A stretch of DNA of 64,000 bases. Origin: a virus (Duplodnaviria; Caudoviricetes). The notes beneath the pieces were generated by a model, which saw only the letters and a list, made by a program, of their open reading frames with translations, had not been told where the DNA came from and made no database searches. Of the stretch, positions 37,726 to 47,614 are shown piece after piece. The stretch lies in the IMG/VR virus record IMGVR_UViG_3300042139_000023. One strand, written 5' to 3'. The first letter of the stretch is position 1, and each line of letters begins with the position of its first letter. Both the position numbers and the translations under genes were made by a program.

Positions 37726-38883
37726 ATGACTGAGCTTGTCCGTCGTACGACCGGCGAGGTGGATCCCGCCGAAGCAGCGCGGCTGTCGAAGTCGAAGCTG
37801 ATGCCGGAGCACATCGCAGGTGATGCAGCCTCCGCCGAGTACATGATGCGCTTCGGCGCCGCCCTGGGCATCGACCCGATGTCCTCCTTCCAGCACATCT
37901 TCGTCTTCCCCGACGGCAAGGGGCGCCTGAAGGCGGGCATGAGTGCTCACCTGATGCAGGCGCTCGCCGTTGCCGCCGGTCACACCGTGCACATCGAGGG
38001 CAATGCCGTGAAGGCGACCGCCGTCCTGGTGCGCAAGACGTCCGACGAAGACCTCCAGCGCTTCCAGCGGATGCGCGAGGAGGAGCGGCGCCAGAAGCTG
38101 GCCCGGCTGGAGGACATGGACCGGCTGTACAAGATGCAGCGCGGCCAGATCCTGGAGCGGATCGAAGACCTCCGAGCCCTTGCCGAGTTCGACGAGAAGG
38201 CGTCTCCCGAGGAGATCGCGGCCCTGCGCAAGCAGATCGCGGCCCTGCACGGGCAGTACAACTTCGACGAGCTGCGCGAATCCATCTCCACCACGAACTT
38301 CGACCTGTCCAAGCTGGTCCGGTTCGAGTCCGTGTGGTCGATGGCGCGAGCCAACCAGATCGGCCTCAACTCCAAGAGCACCTGGCAGAACTACGGTCCC
38401 GAGATGCTGAAGAGCCGGGCCAAGTCGGGTGTGGTGCGAGACGGCGCGATCGACGTCATCCTCGGCGTCAAGAACATCCTCGGCGAGATGGGCCTGTCCC
38501 TCTCCGAGGACGACCACGACCACCTGGCCATGGCCTCCGCCGCCTACACCCCCGAGGAACTGGGGGCCGAGGTGAACGAGGAAGGCGTGCCGATCCAGGG
38601 TGAGGTCATCGACGTCACCAAGGGCGGCAGCAAGAAGCAGAAGGCCATGCTCGACGCAGCCCGCAAGGCCGTCGACAAGGGGACCCCGCAGCAGCTCGCC
38701 GACTGGGCCTCCCGCATGACCGGCGACGACAGCTCGTCTGTCGACGACAAGATCTCCCGCATCTACGCCATTCAGGAAGCGGCGCGAGAAGCGGGCAAGG
38801 GGGATCAGGCGGTGGGCCAGGGCGACGCCCAGGTTCCGCTGAGCCTCCACCTGGAATCCATCGTCAACTCCCTCCGCAACTGA
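37726..38883 (+). CDS. RecT-like ssDNA annealing protein
   Basis: LGIDPM..F.HI..MSA.LM.AL...GH..W...RA...GL..K.TW..Y..EML..RA..DVILG..YTPEELG; directly after the exonuclease. Confidence 0.75.
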   Translation: MTELVRRTTGEVDPAEAARLSKSKLMPEHIAGDAASAEYMMRFGAALGIDPMSSFQHIFVFPDGKGRLKAGMSAHLMQALAVAAGHTVHIEGNAVKATAVLVRKTSDEDLQRFQRMREEERRQKLARLEDMDRLYKMQRGQILERIEDLRALAEFDEKASPEEIAALRKQIAALHGQYNFDELRESISTTNFDLSKLVRFESVWSMARANQIGLNSKSTWQNYGPEMLKSRAKSGVVRDGAIDVILGVKNILGEMGLSLSEDDHDHLAMASAAYTPEELGAEVNEEGVPIQGEVIDVTKGGSKKQKAMLDAARKAVDKGTPQQLADWASRMTGDDSSSVDDKISRIYAIQEAAREAGKGDQAVGQGDAQVPLSLHLESIVNSLRN

Positions 38884-38914
38884 CGCGGACCACAAGGACA
38901 AGGACAAGAACACC

Positions 38915-40153
38915 ATGAGCGACAACACCGAGTTCGACCCGTTCAACCAGCCCGAGGGTGCCCAGGGCGCCGACGTGAACGACGCGGTCCCGGCGGGCGA
39001 CGACGTCCTCGCGGGTGTCGACCTGGACGCCGAGCTGGACGACCTCTTCGCGGGCGCCGAGATGGAGCTGGAGGAGGAGGAGTCCGACGAGGAGGTGCGC
39101 GTCTACGAGGCGGGCAACACCTACGTCAACCCGCTCGACGTCGGCCTCAAGGACAAGATGTGGGTCCCGATCCGGATCTCCGTCGCCGAGTTCAAGGAGA
39201 AGCACACCCCCCGCCTCTCCTCCAAGGTCTGCGTCGCGGTGAAGGTCGGCGAGGACGGCAAGAAGCGCGTCTACGTGCCGTTCGACCAGGTCGAGGCCGC
39301 GCTTCAGACCGGCGCCACCGAGGTCGTCACCGAGATGGAGCTGCCCTACTTCATCTGCGAGGCCAACCACGTCGCCCCCGAGTTCGGCCAGCGCCGCTAC
39401 CCGTACGAGATCGAGTCCCCGGCGCTCACCATCAAGACGGCCTTCTTCAAGGAGCAGCGCTCCGGCCGCAAGGGCTACAAGAACGAGGACGGCCGCACCC
39501 TGCGCGTCGCCGCCAGCGCCACGCAGCCCGGCGAGAAGGTCAGCCTGAAGACCATGCCGGATATCGCCAAGCGCATCGAGGGCAAGATCGTGATGGCGTG
39601 CATCTCGCTCTCCACGAAGACGAAGACCCGCCCGCGCCTCGACGGCAACAACCAGCCGATCAACGTGCTGGTCGACCCGGAGACCGGCGCCCCGGTCACC
39701 GTCTTCTCCCCGCAGGACGGCACCGGCTACATCCTCAACGACGGCTCCGGCCAGGTCTGGGAGGGCAACGAGAAGCTGCTGGTCAAGGTCGACGACCGGG
39801 TCTACGCCATCGCCGACCGGGGCGAGAACTCCGCGCCGCTCATGGAGGAGTACGCGCAGACCACCGACTACCTGAAGACCAAGTTCCTGCCGGTGCCGGA
39901 GCGCAAGGTCGAGGTCGAGCTGCGCAACGGCGAGACCGTCAAGGGCGAGATCACCTGGGGCACCGTCGGCGCCATCGCGCAGGACAAGACGCCCGGCGTG
40001 TTCGTGGACGTCATGCTCGGTGCGGGCGCGGGCGACATGACCGGCAAGACGATCACCGCCGTCTGGCTGGGCACCCAGTGGACGGAGGTCGCCAAGGACG
40101 GCGAGGGTGAGGGCGGCGGGCTCGACGAGTTCGCGGGCGCCAAGAACCTCTGA
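38915..40153 (+). CDS. acidic replication-associated protein (SSB-like candidate)
   Basis: Very acidic N- and C-termini, beta-rich core, position between annealase and primase; terminator 40206-40232. Confidence 0.6.
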   Translation: MSDNTEFDPFNQPEGAQGADVNDAVPAGDDVLAGVDLDAELDDLFAGAEMELEEEESDEEVRVYEAGNTYVNPLDVGLKDKMWVPIRISVAEFKEKHTPRLSSKVCVAVKVGEDGKKRVYVPFDQVEAALQTGATEVVTEMELPYFICEANHVAPEFGQRRYPYEIESPALTIKTAFFKEQRSGRKGYKNEDGRTLRVAASATQPGEKVSLKTMPDIAKRIEGKIVMACISLSTKTKTRPRLDGNNQPINVLVDPETGAPVTVFSPQDGTGYILNDGSGQVWEGNEKLLVKVDDRVYAIADRGENSAPLMEEYAQTTDYLKTKFLPVPERKVEVELRNGETVKGEITWGTVGAIAQDKTPGVFVDVMLGAGAGDMTGKTITAVWLGTQWTEVAKDGEGEGGGLDEFAGAKNL

Positions 40154-40274
40154 TCGCAACAAGATGAGCTGGGCGGATACGATCGGTTATCCGCCCGGTT
40201 CATGACGGGCGGGGCCTTCCGGGGTCCCGCCCGTTCTGCGTCCGGAAAGTCGCACAAGAAAAGGAGGGACGCAG

Positions 40275-42560
40275 GTGAGCTTCGTCTTCTTCGACACCCT
40301 CTTTCCGAAGATCAATGACGACGGAAAGGATCTGGGGTTCGTCGCGATCTCGTTGTTCCCGGGCGGCACGTACGACCCGGATGAAAAGACGGGGCCGACG
40401 CAGACCACCTTCTTCGCGTGGCCGTCGCAGCGCGACGACCTCGTTGCCTTCTGCCTGGGGAGCAGCGACAAGGACGTCTACACCGTCCCCGCGCTGTTCC
40501 GCACCCGGAGCAGTCGCAAGGGCAGCAACATCGCCCACCAGTGGGCCGCGTACGCCGACGCCGACACGCTCCCCCTGGACCGGCTCAAGGTCGAGCCGAC
40601 GATGATCGTCGAGACGTCCGAGGGGCGCCACCACCTGTACTGGGTGACCGAGACCGACGACCCCCAGCAGCTCATCGACATCTCCCGGGCCATCGCCTCC
40701 GAGCACACCCGCGACGGCTGCGACCCCAGCGGATGGGACGCGGGCCAGCTCCTGCGCGTGCCTGGCACGGCGAACAACAAGTACTCCCGGCACGGCCGCC
40801 CGCGCTGGCAGGTTCCGCAGCCGAAGATGGGCGCCACGTACACGATGAAGGCGCTGGCCAGCGCCTATCCGCCCTACAGCACGCAGGACCGGCCGAGCGT
40901 CGCCAGCGACATGCCGCCGAAGAGCGACTGGTACTTCTCGCAGCAGTCCATCCGCGAGTCTGCCGAGGTCTTCCGTTCCAGTCCCGAGGTGCACGACCTG
41001 TACGCGGCCGACCTGAAGCCGGACCAGGACCGCTCGAAGACCCTGTGGAAGCTGCTCAGTCTGCTCTCCCGGCTGAACGTCTCCCGCATCACAGCCATGC
41101 ACATCGCGTGGTCGGCGAAGTGCAACAAGTACAAGATCGATGGACGTCCCGAGGAAGAGCTGTGGCAGCAGCTCTGCAAGGCGTACGACCACCCCGACAA
41201 CCAGCCCAAGCGCAACAGCTTCTCCGACCTCGGGTTCCGCAAGGAGGCCGACGAAAGTGAGGAGAACCCGGAGAAGAAGCTCGCCGACTTCGCCGAGGCC
41301 GTCTCGATCCTCCTGCCGGAGGAGCGTGACCGGGTCCCGATGGACACCTTCATCGACCGGTACCAGCAGTGGGCCGAGACGCGCACCGACGCCCCGTCCT
41401 GCTACCACCGGGCGGGCGCCGCGACGGTCCTGTCCACCGTGCTGGGCGAGTTCGGCAAGTGCCCGACGAAGTTCGACACGAACCTGACCCTGTGGTTCTT
41501 CATCCTCGGCCCGACCACTCGGGCCAGGAAGACGACCGCGATGATGATGTGGGTCGACTTCCTGGACGAGCTGTCCAACGACACCTTCCCGTACCTGCTC
41601 GGCTCCGATGTCACGTCGGAGGCCCTGAGCGTCATCCTCCCCGACCGCAACGGCCGCTCCTCGGTGTTCTACCGGGACGAGGCTCACGGTCTGCTGTACG
41701 AGCAGGCCGCGAAGCGATACCTGGCGGGCGTGCGCGAGCACATGACGGAGCTGTTCACCGGCCGCGTCCGTATCGCTCTGCGTGTCGGCAACCTGAAGGA
41801 GCACGAGGACCGCGACCTGTCGGTCATCCGCACGAACTTCCTGATGTTCCTGTGCGGCACGCTCCAGCAGGTCACCGAGCACCTGACGATCGGCGACTAC
41901 CAGTCCGGCCACCTGGCCCGCTTCCTCATCGCGGAGGCCGACCCGCCGCCGATGACCGAAGAGGGCATGTTCACCGAACAGTTCGACGGCCAGACCCCGG
42001 CCGACGACGTGATGCGCCAGGGGCTGCTCAACGACATGTTCGCGGCGCGGGCCTTCTGGATGGAGGAGACCAAGCCGGGCGACACGGTGATGATCCCCTT
42101 CGACGACCCGACCTGGCGCCGCCTCCAGAAGGCCAAGTGGGAGCTGTACGCGGCGGCCGACAAGCACGAGCTGGCCGAGGTGCTGCTGCCCACAACTTCC
42201 CGCATGGGCGACTCGATGATGAAGATGGCCGTCCTCATCGCGATGTCCGAACGGGAGAAGATCGTGCGGATGCCGCACCTCCTGAAGGCGATGCACCTGA
42301 CCGAGGAGTGGTACCGGTCTACGGCGCGCGTCGCGGGCAAGATTCTCCACTCGGAATGGGCTGCCCGGCAGAACGAAATCCTCACTGCGATCCAGGCACG
42401 GAAGGAGGGCGTCACGGAGCAGGACATCTACTCGCGGTTCCGCTCTAAGATCCAGGAGAGGGACATCGAGTCGGACCTGCACGTGCTCGCCAAGGCGGGC
42501 CTGATTCACAAGACGATGGAACGCGGAAGGGTTCGTTACGTACCGATCGCGCGGAGCTGA
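40275..42560 (+). CDS. primase (RepB/AEP-like) fused to DUF3987 P-loop domain
   Basis: YADAD..PTMIVETSEGRHHLYW..GQLLRVPGT.N; C-half NLTLWFFILGPTTRARKTT..TSEAL..DEAHG..SGHLARF. Confidence 0.85.
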   Translation: MSFVFFDTLFPKINDDGKDLGFVAISLFPGGTYDPDEKTGPTQTTFFAWPSQRDDLVAFCLGSSDKDVYTVPALFRTRSSRKGSNIAHQWAAYADADTLPLDRLKVEPTMIVETSEGRHHLYWVTETDDPQQLIDISRAIASEHTRDGCDPSGWDAGQLLRVPGTANNKYSRHGRPRWQVPQPKMGATYTMKALASAYPPYSTQDRPSVASDMPPKSDWYFSQQSIRESAEVFRSSPEVHDLYAADLKPDQDRSKTLWKLLSLLSRLNVSRITAMHIAWSAKCNKYKIDGRPEEELWQQLCKAYDHPDNQPKRNSFSDLGFRKEADESEENPEKKLADFAEAVSILLPEERDRVPMDTFIDRYQQWAETRTDAPSCYHRAGAATVLSTVLGEFGKCPTKFDTNLTLWFFILGPTTRARKTTAMMMWVDFLDELSNDTFPYLLGSDVTSEALSVILPDRNGRSSVFYRDEAHGLLYEQAAKRYLAGVREHMTELFTGRVRIALRVGNLKEHEDRDLSVIRTNFLMFLCGTLQQVTEHLTIGDYQSGHLARFLIAEADPPPMTEEGMFTEQFDGQTPADDVMRQGLLNDMFAARAFWMEETKPGDTVMIPFDDPTWRRLQKAKWELYAAADKHELAEVLLPTTSRMGDSMMKMAVLIAMSEREKIVRMPHLLKAMHLTEEWYRSTARVAGKILHSEWAARQNEILTAIQARKEGVTEQDIYSRFRSKIQERDIESDLHVLAKAGLIHKTMERGRVRYVPIARS

Positions 42561-42572
42561 CCCGGAGGAAGC

Positions 42573-43520
42573 GTGGCCCGAAAGCCGACCGGGCGACCAC
42601 CGGGAAGGCCGCCTGGGGACCGCTACGGAACGCCCCAGGAGCGCGTCTCCCGGGCCAGGACGCTCGTTCCCTCACTGCACCGCTTCCCGCACCTCGTGAG
42701 GGCCGTGGAGCGCGTCATGGAGGCTCCCAACCGGACCGTCTTCCGCAGCCCGTACAACACCAATCCAGCCGACGTCGACCTGCTCCACGTGTACAGCCCG
42801 GCGGAGAGGGGGCAGATCCTCTCCTTCACCTGGTGGGCCCACGTGAACCGCCGCAGGTGGAGCAGGCGGCGTCGGCTGGCTGCGGTGACCCTGCTCAGCC
42901 CGTTGCTGCTCTTCAGCTCCTCCTTCTTCGAGGAGATGACCGAGCTGCCCTCGGCGACCTGCCAGAAGTGGATGGTCCGGCCCGAGGGGATGCAGGCCAC
43001 GCGGGTGCTCGGTTCGTGCGACATGCGGGTGATCCACCTGGCCCTGGAAGCGGCGACGCGCGGCGACACGGCCTTCCGGCTGTTCGCTGCCGACATCGTC
43101 CGCGACAAGGGCGTTCCCGAGGCCATGGCCTCCCGGCTCACGGGCGTCCCCAAGGTCGTCCTGCTGGAGCCGTCCCGTGGTGTTCAGTTCACGCCGGTCG
43201 GTCCGGACCTGGACACCCTGTCGGTGCGTTCGCGTGAAGACCAGATGTTCTGGCAGGGCATGGCGAGCGAGCGCGAGGTGGAGCTGGCGCCGTACGTCTA
43301 CGGCCAGGAGTGGGTGCGCGACCTGTTCCCGGAAATGCTCCTGAAGGAGAACATCTTCACTGCGACGCCCGTCCCCAGAAACGGTGAGGACTGCTACCAT
43401 TTGTGCATCCCCGAGCTGCCTAGGCCACATCGCGCCCGGCACCTCGGCAGCAGGTACTACGACCTGCTCTACTCGTGGGAGGAGAAGTACCTCCTGCCCG
43501 CGACCACGGGAATCGCGTGA
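42573..43520 (+). CDS. hypothetical protein (315 aa)
   Basis: GAGG RBS, GTG start, lies between primase and polymerase. Confidence 0.6.
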   Translation: MARKPTGRPPGRPPGDRYGTPQERVSRARTLVPSLHRFPHLVRAVERVMEAPNRTVFRSPYNTNPADVDLLHVYSPAERGQILSFTWWAHVNRRRWSRRRRLAAVTLLSPLLLFSSSFFEEMTELPSATCQKWMVRPEGMQATRVLGSCDMRVIHLALEAATRGDTAFRLFAADIVRDKGVPEAMASRLTGVPKVVLLEPSRGVQFTPVGPDLDTLSVRSREDQMFWQGMASEREVELAPYVYGQEWVRDLFPEMLLKENIFTATPVPRNGEDCYHLCIPELPRPHRARHLGSRYYDLLYSWEEKYLLPATTGIA

Positions 43521-43534
43521 CGGAGGGGAAGAAG

Positions 43535-45502
43535 ATGGCCGGTGTAGTCGGCTTCGACATCGAGACCGCCAGCGCCGACCTGCTCTTCAAGGGGGGATAC
43601 GAGGGTCCGTTCGTCCGGCTCGTCGGCTGGGTGGTCGACGACGGCGAGCCGCAGATCTCCACGGACCCGCAGGATCTGCTCGACGTCCTGCGCGACGCGA
43701 ACGTGATCTACGGCCACAACATCCTCGGATTCGACCTTGTCGCCCTGGCCGTGCATTGCGGCGCCAACTACCACGACCTGGCCGAGAAAGCGATCGACAC
43801 CCTCGTGGGCGAGCGCACCATCAACCCGCCCTACCCGAAGCTGCGGCCCGGCGTGAAGGTCAACTTCAGGGCGCTCGCGCGGCGCGGTCTCACGCCGTCC
43901 GACCTGCGCATCAGCTACCGGCTCAACGACGTGGCCGAGCGCTACGGGTTCGAGGGGAAAACCGATCACCTGCCGCGCATGGCCGCGCAGTACGGCGGCT
44001 ACGACAAAATCCCCCTCATGCTGGCGGAGTACTGGGACTACCTCCGTGGCGACCTGATCGCTTCTCGGGACGTCTACCGCGAGATGGGCCAGCGGGCCTA
44101 CCGCAAGAACCTGATTCCCGTGGTCAAGCGCGAGATGCTGATCGCCGCCATCCAGAACGGCATGTACCTCAAAGGTCTCGGCGTCGACATGGACGAGATC
44201 CACCAGCAGATCAAGCTGGCCGAGCAGCAGCGCACCCAGGCGTACGAGCTGCTGCACGAGAAGGCCGGGGTGCCGTTGCCGAACTCCGAGGTCCGGTGGC
44301 AGGAACGCGTCGAGGTGCGCATCCCCCGCACGACCAGGCACGGCAAGCTGGTGCGCTCCCGGTACGAGTCGCTGTTCAACCGGCCGTGCCCCGATCTGCG
44401 CATGGGCTGGAAGTGGCGCAGCAAGACGATCGGCCCGTCCCCCCTCACGACGAACGAGGGGCGTGACGCGTTCGAGCGGGCGCTGCGCCGGGCCGGGGTG
44501 CGTGACGAGGATGTTCCGTACACGCCCAACGGCGGCAAGCTCGCACTGTCCAAGGACGCTCTCGGGAAGGATGCCTGGCTGCGCGGCAACGAGTCCGTCC
44601 CGGGCCTGAGCCGGAAGTACGCCGACAACCCCGATGTGCTGGAGCTGTGCGAGGCGGCCATCATGGTCGGATCTGCCAGCGCCAAGGCCGAAGAGGTGCT
44701 GGAGAACGTCTGCCCCGACGGCCGGGTCCACCCGCAGATCGGCGACATTCAGGCATCCGGCCGCTGGGCCCACATCAAGCCGTCCGTGACGAACATCGGC
44801 AAGCGCGGCGCGGCGCTGCTCCAGCGCCGGATGTTCAAGGCGAAGCGGGGGCACGTCTTCATCGCCATCGACCTCGACCAGGTCGACGCCCGCGCCGTGG
44901 CCGGATGGTGCCAGGACCCCGAGTACATGAAGCTCGCCCGGCCGGGGATGGACATGCACCGCGAGGTCGCGTTCCGCGTCTTCGGCAGCCGCGACGACGA
45001 TGCGCGCGGCCGGGCCAAGGCGATCACCCACGCCTGGAACTACGGCCAGGGCCCGAAGGGTGCCTCGGCCCACACCGAGCTGCCGCTGGAGGTCACCAGG
45101 AAGTTCGACGACGGGATGAAGAGGGCGTTCCCGGTGCTGTGCCGCTGGCGCGACCGCATCCGGCGCCGAGCCGAGCAGACGGGCCTGGTGCCCAGCAAGT
45201 GGGGCCGGGTTCTGCGCGTCATCCCAGGTCAGGAGTACACGCAGGCGCCCGCCCAGGTCGGCCAGTCGACGACTCGCGATCTGCTCTGCGACGGCCTGCT
45301 GAGGATGGACCGCGAGGTGCTGGAGATGCTGGTCCTCGTGATCCACGACGAGATCGTGCTGGAGGTCCCCCAGGACCGGGTCGAGGAGATCTCGGCGAGG
45401 GCCATGAAGGCGCTGACGACCTTCTTCGAGACCGTCCCGATCACGTGCGGCGCGAGCCCGGCTTCACGGACGTGGATCGGCTGCTACGAGAAGGCGGCGT
45501 AG
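43535..45502 (+). CDS. polA: family A DNA polymerase with 3'-5' exonuclease
   Basis: GFDIET, GHNILGFD, AIDLDQVDAR (motif A), RGRAKAITHAWNYG (B), VIHDEIV (C). Confidence 0.93.
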   Translation: MAGVVGFDIETASADLLFKGGYEGPFVRLVGWVVDDGEPQISTDPQDLLDVLRDANVIYGHNILGFDLVALAVHCGANYHDLAEKAIDTLVGERTINPPYPKLRPGVKVNFRALARRGLTPSDLRISYRLNDVAERYGFEGKTDHLPRMAAQYGGYDKIPLMLAEYWDYLRGDLIASRDVYREMGQRAYRKNLIPVVKREMLIAAIQNGMYLKGLGVDMDEIHQQIKLAEQQRTQAYELLHEKAGVPLPNSEVRWQERVEVRIPRTTRHGKLVRSRYESLFNRPCPDLRMGWKWRSKTIGPSPLTTNEGRDAFERALRRAGVRDEDVPYTPNGGKLALSKDALGKDAWLRGNESVPGLSRKYADNPDVLELCEAAIMVGSASAKAEEVLENVCPDGRVHPQIGDIQASGRWAHIKPSVTNIGKRGAALLQRRMFKAKRGHVFIAIDLDQVDARAVAGWCQDPEYMKLARPGMDMHREVAFRVFGSRDDDARGRAKAITHAWNYGQGPKGASAHTELPLEVTRKFDDGMKRAFPVLCRWRDRIRRRAEQTGLVPSKWGRVLRVIPGQEYTQAPAQVGQSTTRDLLCDGLLRMDREVLEMLVLVIHDEIVLEVPQDRVEEISARAMKALTTFFETVPITCGASPASRTWIGCYEKAA

Positions 45503-45683
45503 TCCGGCACCAACAGGTCGGCAGGTGGACGTAGCGCACCCGCCTGGTCTCCGCGTTCTCCTGGTACTGCACCTGGTGCCGGTTCCCGGCCGTGTCGGTC
45601 ATGGGTACGGGCCACGCGTGTACGTACCGCCAGGACTTTTCGCTCATTAGGCACCAATTACCGGAAGGGAAAGGGATGTTGAG

Positions 45684-46265
45684 ATGGATTCCGAAACGGC
45701 TGCACAGGGGTACTTCATGGACTGCATGGACCCCGGCGGCGAAACGGGGATGAGCCTGCTGCACATCCGCCCGCGCGAGTTCGAGCTGATCGACTGGGCC
45801 ACGGTCCCCTATGATCCTCGGCTGGGCAGCCTGGGCGCCATGCCGTCGATGAAGCTCATCGAGTGGAACGCGCAGTACCCCGGAAGGCACCATCTGCTCT
45901 ACGAGAACTTCCACCTGCGCAACAACGACGCCCAGAAGGACGTCACGGCCCTGCGGGTCATCGGATCCGTGGAACAGGTCATGTTCGAGCGGGACCTGTT
46001 CGAGGCCGTGCACCCCCAGGAGCCCGTCGAGGCCAAGCACATGGTCCCCGACGAGGTGCTGGAGGCGCTGGGCCTCCACATGGGCCACGAGCACGCCCAG
46101 CGCCACGTCAGGGACTCCCTGCGGCATGCCGTGGCCCACCTGACCCGCATGCGGTATCTGCCGGTGTGCCGGGTGGCCTATCCGAGGGGTGGCCGGACTA
46201 CGACCCCTCCAGCCCCTCGTTCGCGCCGGTCAGGCGGTTCCACTCGGGCCACGTCAGCACCGTGA
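45684..46265 (+). CDS. RuvC-like Holliday junction resolvase
   Basis: MDPGGETG..LLYENF..IGSV..HVRDSLRHA; 3' end overlaps the convergent tail gene. Confidence 0.75.
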   Translation: MDSETAAQGYFMDCMDPGGETGMSLLHIRPREFELIDWATVPYDPRLGSLGAMPSMKLIEWNAQYPGRHHLLYENFHLRNNDAQKDVTALRVIGSVEQVMFERDLFEAVHPQEPVEAKHMVPDEVLEALGLHMGHEHAQRHVRDSLRHAVAHLTRMRYLPVCRVAYPRGGRTTTPPAPRSRRSGGSTRATSAP

Positions 46266-46671
46266 CGGTGCCCAGCTCGATGGTTTCGGTCATCGTGCTG
46301 GGCTCGCCGCCCTCGTCCGGATTCAGGGCGCCCGTACCGGACTCGGTCTGGGCGCCCCAGGCGTAGGCGGTGATGATGCAGCCGGGCTCCAGCGAGATGC
46401 CCTCGTTCACCCAGACCTCCGCCTGCTGCGGAGCGTCCAGTGGGGCGGGGAGCTGCGCGATGAAGGTCCGGCTCATCGGGCCGGTGGCACTCTCGGTGAG
46501 GGTGTAGTTCACGCCTCCCAGCAGGAGCCTCGGCTGGAACGGGCTTGGGTTGTCCTGCCCGAAGGTGAAGTAGACGCGCACCCCGCCGATGGTGGGGAAG
46601 TCGCCCGGCTGAGGCACCTCGAAGGGGAGCTTCGCGATCACGCCAGACGGCGGAATCTGCATGTCGGTCAC
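46198..46671 (-). CDS. putative minor tail/accessory protein
   Basis: Last gene of the minus-strand tail operon. Confidence 0.55.
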   Translation of the reverse strand: MTDMQIPPSGVIAKLPFEVPQPGDFPTIGGVRVYFTFGQDNPSPFQPRLLLGGVNYTLTESATGPMSRTFIAQLPAPLDAPQQAEVWVNEGISLEPGCIITAYAWGAQTESGTGALNPDEGGEPSTMTETIELGTVTVLTWPEWNRLTGANEGLEGS

Positions 46672-46847
46672 GGCATCTCCTGCGGGTCGGCCTGATCAGT
46701 CGGCTGGCTGGCGATACGGGCCTGAGCGGCGGCCCGGCGCTCACGCTCCAGGGCGGCCTCCAGCATGGCGATCTTCCTGTGAGCCTCGGTGAGCTGGCGT
46801 TCGTACGAACCCAGCACATCCTCCGAGGACACCGTCCCTACATCCAC
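46668..46847 (-). CDS. small coiled-coil protein
   Basis: GGAGGAG RBS, GTG 46847, YERQLTEAHRKIAMLEAALERERR; missed by the ORF track. Confidence 0.6.
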   Translation of the reverse strand: MDVGTVSSEDVLGSYERQLTEAHRKIAMLEAALERERRAAAQARIASQPTDQADPQEMP

Positions 46848-47608
46848 GTGTTCTCCTCCAGAATGCCGCGCCTGACGGCGGCGGCCACCACCCGCTTGCG
46901 CATGATCTCCGGCACGTTGCTCGTCATCAGGGCGTGGCTCACGAACCCGTCCCGGGCCGTCTCCAGCTCGCTCTCCCGGTCGGTCAGGAGCTGGCGCACC
47001 TCGTCGAGCGGACCGGAGGAGACCAGCTCCAGTCGCTGGGTCTGCTCCTCCATGCGCGTCATCGTGTCAGTCCGAGCCCCGACCGTATCGGTCGACAGTC
47101 CGGTCATCCCCTTACAGGGGAAAGTCTGCTGCTGGTCCGATGCCAGGCAGCCCTTCACGTCGTCGATTCCCGACAGCACCGTGTCCAGGCACATCTTCAC
47201 CGCGCCGTCCGTCGTCCCGGGCAGCGCGGTGAGCCGGGATTCGACGCGGTCCAGAACGTAGTCCGGGCGGAAGGACTTCATGCGGACCGGGGGCGCATCG
47301 AAGTAGTGCTCCGTGATGGTCGCAAGCGGATGCACGCCATAGTCCTCATTGTCGGACTCCCGGGCGTAGTACCGCTCCAGATCCTTCAGCTCCATGTCGA
47401 TGGTGCTGGCGTAGTCCCCCAGCCCCCACATCTCCTTGCGATAGGCGACCACACTCAGGCGGATGTGGTGACCGAACTCCACTGGATCATCCGGATCGTT
47501 GGGGTTCCTGTGGACGACGATCAGCATGTCCTGTGTCGGGTCGTACTCCTCACCCTTGGCGGGCTGGTGCGGCCGGATTACGTGCCGGATCACGTCGATT
47601 TCAGCCAT
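46838..47608 (-). CDS. tail-associated hypothetical protein
   Basis: Follows the tail-tip gene in the operon. Confidence 0.6.
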   Translation of the reverse strand: MAEIDVIRHVIRPHQPAKGEEYDPTQDMLIVVHRNPNDPDDPVEFGHHIRLSVVAYRKEMWGLGDYASTIDMELKDLERYYARESDNEDYGVHPLATITEHYFDAPPVRMKSFRPDYVLDRVESRLTALPGTTDGAVKMCLDTVLSGIDDVKGCLASDQQQTFPCKGMTGLSTDTVGARTDTMTRMEEQTQRLELVSSGPLDEVRQLLTDRESELETARDGFVSHALMTSNVPEIMRKRVVAAAVRRGILEENTWM

Positions 47609-47614
47609 CTTTCC

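Noticed and set aside
43417-43426. TGCCTAGGCC as a firm operator
   Set aside because: Lies inside a CDS without a clear promoter; kept only as a weak candidate
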